DNA of 61,565 nt, filler included, from Hausera hauseri (lineage: Eukaryota): the NCBI GenBank assembly GCA_046269625.1. It is 11 parts of 11 records of this genome, joined end to end, with 100 filler letters (N's around TTAATTAATTAA, not from the genome) between each part and the next. Parts side by side here need not be neighbours in the genome. Positions count along the whole stretch, not along the records: positions 54,912 to 61,565 come from JBJURY010078327.1; 10 more parts are not named here. One strand, given 5' to 3'. Below are positions 58,960-61,565 of the stretch, piece after piece. The first letter of the stretch is position 1, and every line of letters starts with the position of its first letter. Made by a program: the position numbers and the translations under genes. The notes under the pieces were generated by a model. It saw nothing but the letters and a program-made list of their open reading frames with translations, did no database searches and had not been told where the DNA came from.

Positions 58960-60449
58960 ATGTCAAACTTTCATCCTTTTCTTCCTAACGCCGTAGTGCC
59001 TTCCAAGAAAACTAGAACAACGCTGTTGCTTGAAGACAAAATCCAAGTGTTGGATGTAGCAAAAGATAAAACAAATCCAATGGCAAAAATACTCCGTCAT
59101 TACTCCATTGGGTTGTCGACGTTTCACAAAATCAAAGCCAAAGAAAATGAGTTACACCAGGAATTTGAGACCAACAAGAAGCTTAAACTGAAACGGAAGA
59201 AAGGCAGTATATATAATGAATTGAATCAAGTACGGACGCATTGGTTTCATCAGGTGCGCGCTAGAAATGCAATTGTTGATGGACTTCTTGTGATGGAGAA
59301 ATNNNNNNNNNNTTTAGATCTGCTGGAGAAGTACAGTCAGACCTGGGCCCTGACAGCAAACACTGATCAATCGAAAATCATCATATTCATAAATAAATAA
59401 GTAAATAGAACGGGATGCAAGTGGAATTCAACATGATATAAAATAAAAAGGTTCAACATGCAGTGATGGAAGGAAGGAAAAAACATCATTTTTCAGTTAG
59501 TCCAAGGTGAGAAGGTAGAATCTGATGCTCTGCAGCTAAATAATAGGTTAAGAGCGTATTTCCTGCTATCGTTTCAGGATATGAAAAACGCAACATTTAC
59601 AACATTATGCCGATGAGAGCGGCATCTTCTACAAAGCGCGTCCAAAGGGAACTTTCTCAATCTACGGTGATCAGTCTACATCAGAGAAGCTTCAAAATGA
59701 GCGTATTACGGCGCTGATTTTTGCAATAATGACGGCTCAGACAAGCAGTTGTTCATTATAGGCAAAAGCACGTCACAACGTTGCTTTAAAAATATCCGTA
59801 GACCACCATTGCCATACTATAGCAACAAGAAAGCGTAGATGACCTGCAGCATATAGGCCGAAATTTTAGTCAATTTTGACAAGAAACTAAAACAGGAGAA
59901 ACGGAACATTCTCCTCTTTGTGGACAATGCGGCAAAATGGTAAGTATTGATTTGACTGATATTAAGATTGTCTTTCTTCCACCAAATACAACCTGCATGA
60001 TCCAGCCATTGGACCAAAGTATCATCAAGAATGCAAAGGTCTATTATGGGCAGCAGCTACTACCTAAATAACTTGTAATCATAAATAGCGGTCAATCATT
60101 AGCCGGAGACCCCTCGAAAACTATCTTGATATGAAATTATTACAGCCCTTGCAACTCTGCATGCATACTATGATGCTGAATTCGGAAAGGATTTTCAGGA
60201 CCTCCATACTGTTGGAAATCGAGTGATAGAACGTATTCACTATCGACTATTGCAACCAAAGATCACAGATTATTTTCATTGGTTTTTGCACGTGTCATCG
60301 TGCTGCAGAATATTATTAAATTTTAAATCAATTAAAGTAGTCCTTATTATATTTTGAGGATGATCAGTACACCCCGTATGTAAGAGAAACTCGGATGTAA
60401 GAAACAATTATCAATTCCCGATGCGGTCTCTCACATCCGAGTTTAACTG
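58960..60449 (+). mobile_element. pogo/Tigger transposon, decayed CENP-B-type transposase with 3' TIR
   Basis: HTH region LEDKIQVL...WFHQVRARNAIVDG, ADESGIFY, ERIT, IIGKS, NKKA*MT, LLFVDNA, FLPPNTT..IQPLDQ; ends ...ccgagtttaactg|TA. Confidence 0.88.
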
Positions 60450-61565
60450 TACTTCGTCTTTAGTGTGTTGTAGTTGTTCATGGAACTTAATATAATCCAT
60501 AAATAATCGGTCGTTAAATGGATCATTGTTCAAATGCAAATTTCTTTTGTTCACGCACGACATCACATCGGGGACTGAATATTAAGGGAACATTTTTTTG
60601 CTTCAAGGAACAGCTATCGCCACAATTGTAAAATATGAAAAACGTATGAAACTATGTACGTATGATGTTTATACGGGAGATAAAGTGAATAAGTACCATA
60701 CGTTTTTGGATGATGCTGTACAAGCACGTAGAAAATACGGAACATCTGGCAACCATATTTTATGCTCATATGTTAATCGGATACGTATTTTCCTGGTTCA
60801 TTTATCGTTTGTTTCAGCAACCTTGTGTGTTATAAAAACAATTTATTACTGTCTTTTTATTTGTCACAGAGACAATTGTATGCGCCCGAAAAAGCATTGT
60901 ACATCAACCATTCTACTGTTCGTTCGCTTTTGTATTATTATGTTTTCAATTGTTTAAAAATGATGTAAATGGTAATTTGTATTGTCGAAAAGGGTAGAAT
61001 TGATCATTCAGACCAATATCTGTCTTATTTCAATATACAACAGCAAATTCGAAAATGGTACAATAAATTGGATTTCTACCTGATTAATTACGGGTTATTA
61101 AATGCGTGCAAAATTAATTCGTTCTATTAATCGAACAAAATAAATTAAAAGTGAATTAAATGATTTCCATTTTCCTATATTTTTCTCCAACAATTTGTGT
61201 TTATCATCGTTTTTATCACCATCCTCCCGTCTCCTCTCCTCCCGGCAGAGACAAGCGGTGGAGAGACGGGCAGAGACCGGCCCGGACCTGGCAGAACTGA
61301 GGAGGAGGAGGACCGGGACGTCTGTAGGTTAAGAGAGCAACGAGCGGACGACTTAGTGGTGAAGAGGTGTAAATAAGGCAGAGAGAGAGACGAGTGCACC
61401 GGGATGATTCTGATTGGCAACTGGTGTGAGTGATGAGTGGCTGGGGAGACAGGCCGAAGAGTGGGTGAAGAACGGCGGGGAACAGAGAAACACAATGAGC
61501 AGAAAAGTAAATGGTAAATTATCTGTACTTGTACAGCACCTTTCTGTCTTATAAAGACACTCAAA

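Noticed and set aside
61175-61564. 129-aa Ser/Pro-rich ORF
   Set aside because: Low-complexity purine-rich tract at the window edge; no family evidence.

Overview
Eukaryotic (invertebrate-like, AT-rich) draft genomic DNA. It consists of 11 segments joined by 100-nt assembly linkers (44 N + TTAATTAATTAA + 44 N), and almost all of it is decayed mobile and virus-like elements. Main content: (i) three pieces, from two distinct families, of Ty3/Gypsy LTR retroelements in which a chuvirus/herpes-gB-like glycoprotein (Env) lies BETWEEN Gag and the protease-RT, apparently in one ancestral polyprotein. In family A the order is Gag-CCHC, then a ~1,250-aa extra region with SAM-like repeats, a ubiquitin-like domain and an AT-hook, then an internal signal peptide, Env, protease and RT. 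In family B, Env, its transmembrane anchor and the protease are in one frame, followed by RT and RNase H. (ii) Four Polinton/Maverick pieces from at least two lineages: pPolB, packaging ATPase, major and minor capsid, adenain protease, integrase C-terminus and TIRs, plus IAP-like UBA-RING and PC4-like accessory genes. (iii) A DD37E Tc1-like transposon with TIRs and TA target duplication, a pogo/Tigger transposase, LINE remnants and a possible Ulp1-like protease. (iv) Three diverged exons of a PNPLA6/7 (NTE/swiss cheese)-like host gene lacking the intervening patatin catalytic exons. All family assignments come from motif recognition by eye; no database searches were run. Adjacency and orientation across linkers are not guaranteed.
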